61,722 nt of DNA from Candidatus Yanofskybacteria bacterium (GCA_016181045.1 JACPAB010000004.1:1-61722), one strand, 5' to 3'. Counted from the first letter of the stretch, positions 1-9,271 are shown. The notes: generated by a model not told the origin, from the letters alone. A program made the numbers and translations.

Positions 1-101
1 CGAGACGGTTAGAGTGAAGGGGTGAATGAAGGGGTAAACTACTCCCCAAAATCATAAATTTTCGATAAAATGTGTTAGAGCTTCGTTAAAGAAACTCACA
101 A

Positions 102-1247
102 CTATTCTAACGGGTTTCTGGCTAATGGCATCGGCGGTTTATAGTTAGAGTCGAACCGCTCTTCTGTTTCTGTCCCGTCGTTAGAAACTATTTTTCTCAT
201 AAAATACGCCTTCATTGAGCCGTTGGGTTTTTGGTCGTATTGATAAGGACCGTCCATGGTAACGACACGGCCGTCATTGGAACCGTAGATCTCGAATATC
301 AATTTTGTTCCGCTTATTTTTGTTTGGATCAAAAGGTGCGCCGGAGTATCGTTTCTGAATTTCAAGTCCACGACTCCGGGATAGATAGTGGCGTCAAAGC
401 CCTGGGGGTTGTAGTATTTCACCGGAAAAGAGTGGGGACGCCTCTCGAGTATCGGCAAGCCGGCGTTAACAGCGGCCCTGAACATGGTGGTGGACACTTG
501 GCATAGCCCGCCGCCGTATTCCGGTATCAACTCGCCGCTTTTGATGACCAATTCGGCTTGGTATCCGCCGGTCTCGTCGACTTTACCCAGGATGTCGTTA
601 AATGAAAATTCCTCCCCGGGCTTAACGATAAGCCCGTTGTATTTGGAGGCCCCGAGTCGGAGGTTGTGTATTCTGGCCTGGCTTGAGCCGGCAAAATTTG
701 ATTCCCCACTGGCAACAAGGGTCTCGATCCCGAGGTCGTTTATCTTTTCCAGAGTTATTGTCGGCGGGACTTTTATTACCGTCAGTTCGGCTTCGTTCCC
801 GGTATTCTCAAGGGCTGTGATGATAGCCAATGCGGATTTGTCTATGTCGAGGCGTATTCCTTCTACCGCCGGTCTGAAGGTGCTGGCCTTGCCTCCTTCG
901 AAAACAAGGTTGGCATTAACCGGTTCCACGCTTATCGATACGGCCAGGTCTTTTAAATAGTCATAAACCTTTTCTGATGATATTCTGATATCTTCTTCGC
1001 CCGAATAGGACCTCTCATATTTTTCCAGCCACTCTTTCAACTCGCTGCTTTTGATGACCAGGTTTCTATCTTCCATTTTTAAGGACAGGTCCTTTGCTGT
1101 CGCGTTCTCGAGGATGGAGGCAAAGCTGCGCACCTCGGCTTTTTGAGCGAGGTTGCTTACGGCATAAATGTAGAAAAAAGAGCCGAAATTAAACGCCGCT
1201 AAGACAATAAGGCCGGTCAATACCAACCGATAGATAAGCTTGCCCAT
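102..1247 (-). CDS. VanW family protein with N-terminal membrane anchor
   Basis: 381-aa ORF; N-terminal hydrophobic helix; VanW-type motif GGGLCQVSTTMFRAAVNAGLPILERRPHSFPVKYY. Confidence 0.8.
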   Translation of the reverse strand: MGKLIYRLVLTGLIVLAAFNFGSFFYIYAVSNLAQKAEVRSFASILENATAKDLSLKMEDRNLVIKSSELKEWLEKYERSYSGEEDIRISSEKVYDYLKDLAVSISVEPVNANLVFEGGKASTFRPAVEGIRLDIDKSALAIITALENTGNEAELTVIKVPPTITLEKINDLGIETLVASGESNFAGSSQARIHNLRLGASKYNGLIVKPGEEFSFNDILGKVDETGGYQAELVIKSGELIPEYGGGLCQVSTTMFRAAVNAGLPILERRPHSFPVKYYNPQGFDATIYPGVVDLKFRNDTPAHLLIQTKISGTKLIFEIYGSNDGRVVTMDGPYQYDQKPNGSMKAYFMRKIVSNDGTETEERFDSNYKPPMPLARNPLE

Positions 1248-1669
1248 TAGGAGATCCTTATCTTTTTAGTTCTGACCCTGTCCATCTTCGGAAGGCGGAT
1301 GGTTAAAAGCCCGTTTTTCATAGAGGCCTTAGCGGCGTCGGCATCCACGTCAACGGGGAGGATGATGGATCTGGAGAAAGGCCCCCAATATAATTCCTGC
1401 CAGTAGTAGTCGGACGGCTTGATCTTATCTTCCGGCTGACGCTTGCCCTTTATCGTTACCATATCGTTGGTTACCGATATGTCGAGGTCGTTCGTATCAA
1501 CCCCTGCGATGGTAGATTGTATTATGACTTCGTCCTCCGTCTGGAAGACGTCTATCGTCAAGTGACCCTCGGCCACTTGCCTGGATTCCCCGCCCGAACG
1601 ACCATCAGGTCGGGCAGGTTTTTTGCTGGCAGCCAGCGTAACTTCCATATTTTCTTCGTCGAATTTCAT
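1247..1669 (-). CDS. Hsp20/alpha-crystallin small heat-shock protein
   Basis: 140-aa ORF; alpha-crystallin core (LTIDVFQTEDEVIIQ ... GPFSRSIILPVDVD ... ASMKNGLLTIRLPK). Confidence 0.85.
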   Translation of the reverse strand: MKFDEENMEVTLAASKKPARPDGRSGGESRQVAEGHLTIDVFQTEDEVIIQSTIAGVDTNDLDISVTNDMVTIKGKRQPEDKIKPSDYYWQELYWGPFSRSIILPVDVDADAAKASMKNGLLTIRLPKMDRVRTKKIRIS

Positions 1670-1679
1670 TGTTGTGCGA

Positions 1680-2459
1680 TTAGCGGAGTAAGTTTATGGG
1701 CTTGTTCTTGTAAGAGGCCAGAGCCACATGCGCTCCGCGATGCCTTTCTTTTATTTTATCAAATAATACCGAAACAAGAAAAGCCATGAACAGTAAGAGC
1801 GTTGTTGAATAGATGAGCCCGCGGGGATCGCTGGCTCCCGGTTCTCCGGCAAAAGTGGCAATAATGATATTGAAAGTGAAGTGAAACACGGTGGCCATGA
1901 CCAAGCCGATAACAATGAGTTTTTTCTTGTGGTCCTGAAAGAACCATGACATAGCTAAAAAATATCCGACTATGGCGGAAGCCAGGGCATGGAGCAGGGT
2001 TGAGCCGATAAATCTTAAGGCCCAGACACTGACCGCCTCGTATAGTCCGACATCTATGGTTCTGAAAAGAACAAGGATGTTCTCAATGGCGGCAAAACCG
2101 AGACCTGCGGCTATCATATATATCATTGCGTCCACTGGCTCGTCGAAGGCGGGATTTCTTAAGACCAGGAACCATATGGCGGCAAACTTCAGAAATTCTT
2201 CGGCAAAGGCCGCCCATATGTAATAATAACTGCTTATCTGTATCAGTTCCGCCGGTGTTCCCGACAGCGATGCGCCAACGTAAACAAAACCTATCTGAAG
2301 TATCAAGACAACGGGAGAAACTATTATGCCCATCAAAAAGGTCTGGGTCAGGAGATATTTCGGCTCCGGATGCGAATCGTTCTTCAAGAAAAGCGAGAAC
2401 CAAACCAAGCTCGGAATCAAACCGAGGCCTATCAGGGTGCTTATATAGACAGGGGACAT
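1680..2459 (-). CDS. PrsW-family intramembrane protease
   Basis: Polytopic membrane ORF with FAEEFLKFAA and LHALASAIVGY motifs. I start it at ATG 2459 (MSPVYIS), because the TTG at 2474 lies inside a TGTATAAT promoter-like box. Confidence 0.7.
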   Translation of the reverse strand: MSPVYISTLIGLGLIPSLVWFSLFLKNDSHPEPKYLLTQTFLMGIIVSPVVLILQIGFVYVGASLSGTPAELIQISSYYYIWAAFAEEFLKFAAIWFLVLRNPAFDEPVDAMIYMIAAGLGFAAIENILVLFRTIDVGLYEAVSVWALRFIGSTLLHALASAIVGYFLAMSWFFQDHKKKLIVIGLVMATVFHFTFNIIIATFAGEPGASDPRGLIYSTTLLLFMAFLVSVLFDKIKERHRGAHVALASYKNKPINLLR

Positions 2460-2502
2460 ACCCCCATTATACAATTTTCAATTTACAATTTTCAATTTAC
2501 AA

Positions 2503-4746
2503 CTATTGAGGCCAGGATTCAACGAGAAGTAATTTTTTATTCTTAATCGGCAGTTTCGAGTAAATTTCCTCGGTTACGAACGGCATGAAGGGGTGCAGGA
2601 GCTTCAGCGATGTTGTTAGTATCTCCAAAAGCATCCTTTGGGCCGATATTTTTATGGCCGGGTCTTCGCTGGCTAACTTTGCTTTGCTTTCTTCCACCAC
2701 CTTGTCCGCAAATGCGTGCCAGACATAATGGTATATTTCTTCGGCAGCCAGATATAGCCGGTAGTTTTCCATATGTTCGGTAATGCCTTTGACGAAAACT
2801 CCGAGTTCGGCAAGGATTTTTTTGTCTTCGGGGGCAAGGCAGGCCTCCATTGTGTCCGAAGCGTCATCCGGGACGCTCATTAAAACAAAGCGGGCGATGT
2901 TCCAGAGCTTGTTGGCAAAATGCTTGTAGGCCTTAACCTTGTCAAAACCGAAGTTGCCGTCGTTGCCCGGCGCAATGCCGACCAAGACCGACATTCTTAA
3001 TGCATCCGTTCCGTATTGGTTTATCACGTCGGTCGGCTCTATCCCGTTATCCAAGGACTTGGAGAACTTCCGGCCTTTCGCGTCGCGCAAAATCCCATGC
3101 AGATAGACGGTCTTGAATGGTATCTCTCCCAGCAAAAATCCGCTCATCAGTATCATTCTCGCGACCCAGAAGAAAAGGATCTCATATCCGGGGTTCATGA
3201 ACGTGGTCGGGTGATATGTTTTAAGATCGGATGATTTTTCGTCCGGCCAGCCCAAAGTCGAGAACGTCCAGAGAGCGGAAGAGAACCAAGTGTCCAAGGT
3301 ATCGGGGTCCTGGGTGAACTTTGCGTCGCAAAACTCGCATCCCGGTTCGGTATCGGAAACAACGAATTCTTTGCATTTAACAATATCGTCTTCGTGGCCC
3401 AGCCGAGGGGCACATTTCGGTTCGTGGTGCCAAACCGGAATGCGATGGCCGTACCAAAGCTGGCGGCTTATGTTCCAGTCGCGCAGGTTATCTATCCAGT
3501 GGAAGTATGTTTTTTTGAACCGGTCGGGCAATATCTTTATCTGGTCATTCTCCACGCTCTTCTTCATTATCTCTTTCAGTGTCGTTTTAGAACCGCTCTT
3601 GATATCGCTGATGGAGGACTTTTTAATTTTGAATTCTTTGTTGACCGCGACGAACCACTGAAGTTTTGGCAGAGGTTCTATCGTTCCTCCCGAACGGTCG
3701 GCTATGCTGATGTTAACTTCCGTCTCTTCTTCTTTGGAAAGCAGGTTGTTGTCTCTAAGCCACCGAACAACGATTTCTCTGGCTTCTTTTGTTTTCTTTC
3801 CTTCAACAAGAGAACCGGCCGTATCGGTCATTCTTGCGTATTCGTTTATGACCTGAACCATCGGCAGGTTGTGGCGCTGGGCTATTTCGGAGTCAGTGAT
3901 GCTGTGGGCCGGAGTAACCCCAACGGCACCGGTGCCGAACTCCGGGTCTATCGCTTCATCGGCAACAATTTTTATGTGTAATTTAGTTCCGGCAAACTCA
4001 ACGTCATATTCTTTGCCAATATATTTTTGGTAGCGTTTGTCATCGGGATGGGCGGCTACTGCCGTATCACCGACTTTGGTTTCTGGTCTTGTTGACGCTA
4101 TCTCGATGGGGAAGTCCTTTGAATATCGGAATGTATAAAGAAGCCCTTTTTCCGGCCTATGTTCTACCTCGTCATCAGAAACGGACGTTTGGCCTTTCGG
4201 GTCCCAGTTTATTACCCGATAGCCGCGATATATCAGGCCGGCATCATACATTCTTTTGAATGCGGTGCGGACTGCCAAATTCCGCTGGGCATCCATGGTG
4301 AATGCTTCGCGGGTCCAGTCCAAAGACGCGCCCATCTGGCGTATCTGCTTCTGCATGACGCCCCTGCTTGCGGCGACGAAATCCTCTACTTTTTTTACGA
4401 ACGCTTCACGTCCGATGTCGTGGCGGTTCTTGCCCTCTTCTTTGATGAGTATCTTTTCTACCTTGGTATTTGTGGCGATAGCGGCATGGTCGGTGCCGGG
4501 AACCCAGAGCGTTTTTTCGCCCTTCATCCGGTGGTAGCGGACCACGGCATCCTGGATCGAGTATTCCAGCGCATGTCCCAAGTGGAGCGTTCCGGTGGCG
4601 TTGGGAGGGGGGAGGACGGCGCTGAAAATATCTTTGCGTATTCCCGGTAGATTTTCGGGCGCAAAATACCCGCTATCTTCCCAGAGTTTGTATATTTTAT
4701 CCTCAACTTCTTTTGGGTTGTATGCTTTTGGAAGTTCTGTTGACAT
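2503..4746 (-). CDS. valS: valyl-tRNA synthetase (short form, no C-terminal coiled coil)
   Basis: 747 aa; HIGH-type PPPNATGTLHLGHA, KMSKS-type KFSKSLDN, CP1 editing motifs TRPETKVGDTAVAAHP and GTGAVGVTPAH. Confidence 0.92.
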   Translation of the reverse strand: MSTELPKAYNPKEVEDKIYKLWEDSGYFAPENLPGIRKDIFSAVLPPPNATGTLHLGHALEYSIQDAVVRYHRMKGEKTLWVPGTDHAAIATNTKVEKILIKEEGKNRHDIGREAFVKKVEDFVAASRGVMQKQIRQMGASLDWTREAFTMDAQRNLAVRTAFKRMYDAGLIYRGYRVINWDPKGQTSVSDDEVEHRPEKGLLYTFRYSKDFPIEIASTRPETKVGDTAVAAHPDDKRYQKYIGKEYDVEFAGTKLHIKIVADEAIDPEFGTGAVGVTPAHSITDSEIAQRHNLPMVQVINEYARMTDTAGSLVEGKKTKEAREIVVRWLRDNNLLSKEEETEVNISIADRSGGTIEPLPKLQWFVAVNKEFKIKKSSISDIKSGSKTTLKEIMKKSVENDQIKILPDRFKKTYFHWIDNLRDWNISRQLWYGHRIPVWHHEPKCAPRLGHEDDIVKCKEFVVSDTEPGCEFCDAKFTQDPDTLDTWFSSALWTFSTLGWPDEKSSDLKTYHPTTFMNPGYEILFFWVARMILMSGFLLGEIPFKTVYLHGILRDAKGRKFSKSLDNGIEPTDVINQYGTDALRMSVLVGIAPGNDGNFGFDKVKAYKHFANKLWNIARFVLMSVPDDASDTMEACLAPEDKKILAELGVFVKGITEHMENYRLYLAAEEIYHYVWHAFADKVVEESKAKLASEDPAIKISAQRMLLEILTTSLKLLHPFMPFVTEEIYSKLPIKNKKLLLVESWPQ

Positions 4747-4811
4747 CTATCAAGAAGATGGTAATCTTTTAAAAGTTTCTCTAATTGTATCTTAAAAAAG
4801 GGGTTAAAACA

Positions 4812-5402
4812 ATGAGTTCTGGCCAAGCTGTTCGTGATTACGACTACCTCATTACCGACTCTAACGGAACAAGGAAAGTTAAGGATGGCATAGAATATCC
4901 TGCCACTGAAAACGATCTGCCGAAGAAGCATCAGGACAGTGATTGTACAGAATGCACTTTTGTGGGTGACCAAGAAACCATACTCGCATTTAAGGTTGAT
5001 CGTCAGTTAAGGCAGACGGTCTGGTATGAGCCGGTTTTTGTGGGTAAATTCACAATGCCAGGATGGGTTGGTCATTCTGGATTCTATCTTTTTAAGTGCA
5101 GAGAGTGTGACGAGGTTTGTGTGGACTACTCCCACGGTTATACGGATTTTGGTCTAATGTATTTGGCATGCCGTTACTGCGGAGAGGGACTTCCTCTTGA
5201 AGTAACCAAGGAAAGAAGTATTTATGAAAGAGAAGGAGTACATATTCCAAAACCAACAAGAGAGGAAAGGATACAAGACCTAAATGATGTGATAGCGGAC
5301 GCAGAAAGCCGGGGAGTTAGAGTAATTATCGATTTTTCAGAAGATAGCCAGCGTTCTAAAGTTGGTTATTTTCAATTTTTACGTGATTATTTTGATTTTT
5401 AA
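4812..5402 (+). CDS. hypothetical cysteine-rich (zinc-ribbon-like) protein
   Basis: ORF with AAGGGG RBS before ATG 4812; CxxC pairs (CTEC, CREC, CRYC); no family recognised. Confidence 0.5.
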   Translation: MSSGQAVRDYDYLITDSNGTRKVKDGIEYPATENDLPKKHQDSDCTECTFVGDQETILAFKVDRQLRQTVWYEPVFVGKFTMPGWVGHSGFYLFKCRECDEVCVDYSHGYTDFGLMYLACRYCGEGLPLEVTKERSIYEREGVHIPKPTREERIQDLNDVIADAESRGVRVIIDFSEDSQRSKVGYFQFLRDYFDF

Positions 5403-6499
5403 AATCCTAAGTTCGCGTCCATTTCAACCGCGTCGTACGCGGTTCTTATTTTCTTGTTTTTCAAGTAATTGAAGTATCCAGCTACTGCTATCATCGCGGC
5501 GTTGTCGGTGGTGTATTCCATCGGCGGTTGGAAATATTTAACACCTGCTTCTGCGGTAGCTCTATTGAGGTTTAACCTCAATAGAGAATTGGCTGAAACG
5601 CCGCCGGACAAGAAAAGCGATTTAACTTTATATTTTTCCGCCGCTTTCATTGTTTTTTTTACTAAAACATCGGTTGCCGCTTCTTGAAACTCGTGAGCTA
5701 TTTCGTTAACGATGTCGTCAGTTATTGTTCCTCCTTCAGCTTTGAGGTCTCTAAGCAAATATAAAACAGCCGTCTTAAGTCCCGAATAACTAAAGTTAAA
5801 GTCATTGGAGTGTTCCATCGGGCGGGGGAATACAACTTTTAACTTTGAACTTTCAACTTTAAACTTAGCCGCTCTGGCGGCGATTGCCGGTCCACCCGGA
5901 TAACCAAGTCCGAGCAAGCGGGCCGTTTTGTCAAACGCCTCACCGACAGCGTCGTCGAGGGTCTCGCCGATAATTTCGTATTTGCCATAGTTTTTCATCA
6001 GGGCCAATTCTGTATGTCCTCCAGAAACAATAAGATTCAGAATCGGAAATAACTTTTCACTTTTCACTTTAAACTTTGAACTTACTCCAACTGGCTCTAA
6101 CCAGTTGGAGTAAATGTGTCCCTCAAGATGGTTTACGCCTATCAAGGGCTTTTTAAATATCCAAGAAAGTGTCTTGGCGAATGTTATTCCCACAAGCAAA
6201 GAAGGCCCCAAACCCGGGCCACGGGTGACGGCGATGGCGTCTATTTCTTTGTTAAAGTTTTTAACATCCGCTTCTTCTAAAGCCAAATCAAAAACATGGC
6301 CGATATTCTTGGTGTGTTCGCGGGCGGCAAGAGAGGGGACTATGCCTCCGTATTTGGCGTGAAGTTTGACTTGAGAAGAAACTATACTTGATAACACTTT
6401 TATCTTTTCCCCGCTTTTCACTTTTCGCTTTTTACTTTGCACTTCTAGTATCGCCATGGCCGTATCATCGCAGGATGTCTCTATCCCCAGAATTTTCAT
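5399..6499 (-). CDS. tsaD: tRNA N6-adenosine threonylcarbamoyltransferase
   Basis: MKILGIETSCDDTA start, GVNHLEGH, SGGHTEL and LSGGVSAN motifs; carries three K/F-rich loop insertions encoded by tandem repeats. Confidence 0.9.
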   Translation of the reverse strand: MKILGIETSCDDTAMAILEVQSKKRKVKSGEKIKVLSSIVSSQVKLHAKYGGIVPSLAAREHTKNIGHVFDLALEEADVKNFNKEIDAIAVTRGPGLGPSLLVGITFAKTLSWIFKKPLIGVNHLEGHIYSNWLEPVGVSSKFKVKSEKLFPILNLIVSGGHTELALMKNYGKYEIIGETLDDAVGEAFDKTARLLGLGYPGGPAIAARAAKFKVESSKLKVVFPRPMEHSNDFNFSYSGLKTAVLYLLRDLKAEGGTITDDIVNEIAHEFQEAATDVLVKKTMKAAEKYKVKSLFLSGGVSANSLLRLNLNRATAEAGVKYFQPPMEYTTDNAAMIAVAGYFNYLKNKKIRTAYDAVEMDANLGF

Positions 6500-6519
6500 A
6501 ATCTTTGTGTAAATATTCG

Positions 6520-6553
6520 TCGTATTTATTTCACGATCGTGAAATAAATACGA
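6520..6553. repeat. 34-bp perfect palindrome centred on ACGATCGT
   Basis: TCGTATTTATTTCACGATCGTGAAATAAATACGA read directly; lies between the PaaX-like stop and the tsaD start. Confidence 0.95.
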
Positions 6554-6586
6554 TATTGATTTTGGTTATTTGGTCTTAACTGTTAA

Positions 6587-7183
6587 CTATAAGTCAAACA
6601 TTCTTTTTAAGTCCTTGTCGTATTCTATGTCATAAGTAGTTATAAATCTCGTGTACTGCTTTATGTTTTCTTCAAACAGCATATCTTTTATAAACTTTGG
6701 AACAGGGTAGGGAAATATCCAAGTGCTTTTTTGAAACTCTTTAAAACCGACTGTTTTCAATATCATTCTTATGTAGTCGCGGTAAGCCCTCTTTTTTTCT
6801 GGTACATCAAAGAATACAATTCTCCATTTCTTGTCCCATTTTTGTTTCTCTGATTTATATACTCTTGATTCAGTGTTAAGGTAGGCAAAAAATGCCTCTT
6901 TCTCCCCCTGTTTGGTCAAACGATAAATGCCGTCGCTGGTCTTTTCGACAACCCCACGCCTTTTTAGCCCATACAATGAGTTTCGATAGTAGTTTCTGTA
7001 TAAACTCGTGTAGCCGTATTTTTTGGCATATTGAGGCGGAAAGAATGATTGGGCGGTAATTTTGCCGGTTTCCCGCAGTACTGCCAGAATAATCTTTGTT
7101 GCAGACAAGAACTTTTTCTTAGCTCCCTGTTTATTAATATTATTCACAATCTGATTTATACTACGATCGTGAAAAAAATACAA
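6587..7183 (-). CDS. PaaX-family-like transcriptional regulator (wHTH plus PaaX C-terminal domain)
   Basis: 198 aa; wHTH-like LKRRGVVEKTSDGIYRLTKQG; C-terminal WDKKWRIVFFDVPEKKRAYRDYIRMILKTVGFKEFQKSTWIFPYP resembles the PaaX WDGxW...GF...W..P pattern; TTG start. Confidence 0.6.
   Translation of the reverse strand: MYFFHDRSINQIVNNINKQGAKKKFLSATKIILAVLRETGKITAQSFFPPQYAKKYGYTSLYRNYYRNSLYGLKRRGVVEKTSDGIYRLTKQGEKEAFFAYLNTESRVYKSEKQKWDKKWRIVFFDVPEKKRAYRDYIRMILKTVGFKEFQKSTWIFPYPVPKFIKDMLFEENIKQYTRFITTYDIEYDKDLKRMFDL
7151..7182. repeat. ACGATCGT-centred half-palindrome overlapping the PaaX-like start
   Basis: CTGATTTATACTACGATCGTGAAAAAAATACA; left arm matches the 45807-45842 copy, right arm matches the 6520-6553 copy. 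Confidence 0.85.
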
Positions 7184-7237
7184 CTTTGAATTTGTCGATT
7201 TTTATGGTAGAATTTAAGTTGTATAAAAATAATAAAT

Positions 7238-7309
7238 GGCGCCATCGTCTATCGGTTAGGACTCATGATTTTCAATCATGCAAGGAGGGTTCGACTCCCT
7301 CTGGCGCTG
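7238..7309 (+). tRNA. tRNA-Glu (anticodon UUC)
   Basis: Hand-folded cloverleaf: acceptor GGCGCCA/TGGCGCT, anticodon stem CATGA/TCATG with loop TTTTCAA, T arm GAGGG-TTCGACT-CCCTC; 72 nt, CCA not encoded. Confidence 0.9.
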
Positions 7310-7388
7310 CCTTCGCTCGCAGAAGCGAGCTCCGGCAGCCAATGGCTGCTGGAGTCTCGCGGAGGCGAGATTCGTTCAAAATACAATT

Positions 7389-7625
7389 ATGCATTATGTT
7401 TATGTTTTGAAATGTGCTAATGGCACTGTTTATACGGGTTGTACGAATAACATTGAAGACAGATTAAAGCGTCATGGTAATGGGCGAGTTTTTGCGACCA
7501 AAAACAGATTACCAATAAATTTAATTTGCTATACTGTTTTTGAAAATAAATATACCGCTTATAACTTTGAGAAATATTTGAAGTCAGGTTCTGGTAGAGC
7601 GTTTTTATCTAAACACTTAATCTAA
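7389..7625 (+). CDS. GIY-YIG domain protein (UPF0213-like small nuclease)
   Basis: MHYVYVLKCANGTVYTGCTNNIEDRLKRH matches the GIY-YIG pattern; upstream part of track ORF 7278-7625 overlaps tRNA-Glu and was trimmed. Confidence 0.8.
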   Translation: MHYVYVLKCANGTVYTGCTNNIEDRLKRHGNGRVFATKNRLPINLICYTVFENKYTAYNFEKYLKSGSGRAFLSKHLI

Positions 7626-7717
7626 TTTTCCTAGAATGATTTTTTCGGAGGGACTATGGAAAACTTATATTACAAAAAAGAGTACTTTTATTTGTCTATT
7701 TACATTCCAAAACTATA

Positions 7718-7726
7718 TGATATAAT
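7718..7726 (+). promoter_or_regulatory. extended -10 promoter (TGATATAAT)
   Basis: TGnTATAAT about 40 nt upstream of the RBS and ATG at 7768. Confidence 0.5.
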
Positions 7727-7767
7727 GTAGCCAGCTTTTTCTTTAGAAAAGAGATAGGGAGAGAAAA

Positions 7768-8004
7768 ATGGAAGTTGTTCAGGCAAAATGGCACAAAACA
7801 TGTGCCGACGGGCTTGTTAAAGAGATTCTTGACGGCAAAGCATTCTTCAAGTGGTGCTGTGGGCGCCGAATGCGTCGGATTCTTGGCTATCAGAAAATCA
7901 ACGGTGTGATACGACGCACAGGCGGAGGTATTCCGTTTGTCCAAGGGTGGTATTGTGAGGTATGCGAACGTCGAGAGAATTATGAGTCTGGTTTTGTTGG
8001 ATAA
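7768..8004 (+). CDS. hypothetical small cysteine-containing protein
   Basis: 78-aa ORF with GGGAGAG RBS, its own promoter and a downstream hairpin plus T-run near 8024-8076; preferred over antisense ORF 7696-7944. Confidence 0.55.
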   Translation: MEVVQAKWHKTCADGLVKEILDGKAFFKWCCGRRMRRILGYQKINGVIRRTGGGIPFVQGWYCEVCERRENYESGFVG

Positions 8005-8196
8005 TATACACTACCATTACTCTGTCGCTACACAAGAAGTCGTCCAATGGACACACTTCCTGGTGTGGCGACTTTTTATTTTTAATGAATATTATTAAAA
8101 TCTAGTATTAATGTAGGATTTTGTATAAAATACATATAAATCCCAGCCAACAAAGTTTTCCAATGTTCTCTATTGGCCCTGCCAAAATACCAAATC

Positions 8197-8223
8197 AAAA
8201 ACCCCGCAACTGCGGGGTTTTTG
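8197..8223. terminator. bidirectional intrinsic terminator
   Basis: AAAAACCCCGCAACTGCGGGGTTTTTG just downstream of the rplT stop. Confidence 0.8.
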
Positions 8224-8226
8224 ATT

Positions 8227-8562
8227 TTACTGAACGAGCTGTTTGAATATTTCGGGGTTGTTCTCGGCCAGGTCGGCGAGTATCTTTCTGTCGAGTTCGA
8301 TGTTCTGTTTCTTGAAATGATTGATGAGTTTGCTGTATGAGAAGCCGTTCTCCCTGGCGGCGGCGTTTATTTTTATCTGCCACAGCCGGCGGAAATCGCG
8401 CTTTTTCTTTTTCCTGTCCGCAAACTGGAAGGACCAGGCGTGAAGCAAGGCCTCCTTGGCCTGGCGGTACTTGGACTTTCTGGTCCACATAAAACCCTTT
8501 GCGTGTTTCAGCAACCTCTTTCTTCTGGCATTTGCTTGTACTCCTCGTTTAACTCTGGGCAT
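8227..8562 (-). CDS. rplT: 50S ribosomal protein L20
   Basis: MPRVKRGVQANARRKRLLKHAKGF typical L20 N-terminus. Confidence 0.93.
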   Translation of the reverse strand: MPRVKRGVQANARRKRLLKHAKGFMWTRKSKYRQAKEALLHAWSFQFADRKKKKRDFRRLWQIKINAAARENGFSYSKLINHFKKQNIELDRKILADLAENNPEIFKQLVQ

Positions 8563-8564
8563 GT

Positions 8565-8768
8565 TTAAATATTACTTTGGAGAAGCGCTTTGGCGCTTCT
8601 TATCAACTCGTGGGGCGCCAGTTTATGGCCCTTCTTTTGCCTTGAGGCGTCGCCAGAGTCCTTGGCGTTAAAATGGTTCTGGCCGGGAGGACGCTTCATC
8701 AGCTTGCCACTTCCGGTAATTTTCATCCTTTTCAAAAATGACTTATTTGTTTTTCTTGCATGCGGCAT
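8565..8768 (-). CDS. rpmI: 50S ribosomal protein L35
   Basis: MPHARKTNKSFLKRMKITGSGKLMKR; start moved to the internal Met so it abuts the infC stop. Confidence 0.88.
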   Translation of the reverse strand: MPHARKTNKSFLKRMKITGSGKLMKRPPGQNHFNAKDSGDASRQKKGHKLAPHELIRSAKALLQSNI

Positions 8769-8770
8769 GT

Positions 8771-9271
8771 TCATTTTTTTATTATTATTGTCCACCCGAA
8801 TGGGGAGCGTTTAACGCTCTCCTGAACGGAAAATTCTTCCGTGATGGACTTGAGGAAATTGGTTAGCTTCTCTTTGCCCATGTGGGCCAGCGCTTTTTCC
8901 CTGCCTCGAAGTGTGAGTTCTATTTTTACAATATGGCCCTCTTTAAGGAATTCGCTTACCTGCTTGGCCTTGAATTCCAGGTCGTGGGCTCCGGTTTTGA
9001 AGCCGACCCTTACCGTTTTTCTTTCCGGTTCCCTGGCCTTTGGGCCCTTCTTCTCCTGACGCTCCTTGCGGTAAATATATTTACCATAATCCATGATCTT
9101 GGCAATGGGCGGAGAAACATTCGGTCCGACCTCTACCAGGTCCAAACCCTTTTCCTGGGCCAGTTTCATGGCATCCGGGGTCTTTATAACCCCGAGCTGT
9201 TTTCCGTTCTCGTCGATGACTTGGAGTTCCGGCAGGCGTATTTGGTTGTTGACTCGCAGTTGTTTAATCAA
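8771..9271 (-). CDS. infC: translation initiation factor IF-3
   Basis: IKQLRVNNQIRLPELQVIDENGKQLGV and C-terminal domain; non-ATG (TTG/ATT) start region as usual for infC; infC-rpmI-rplT order. Confidence 0.92.
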   Translation of the reverse strand: MIKQLRVNNQIRLPELQVIDENGKQLGVIKTPDAMKLAQEKGLDLVEVGPNVSPPIAKIMDYGKYIYRKERQEKKGPKAREPERKTVRVGFKTGAHDLEFKAKQVSEFLKEGHIVKIELTLRGREKALAHMGKEKLTNFLKSITEEFSVQESVKRSPFGWTIIIKK

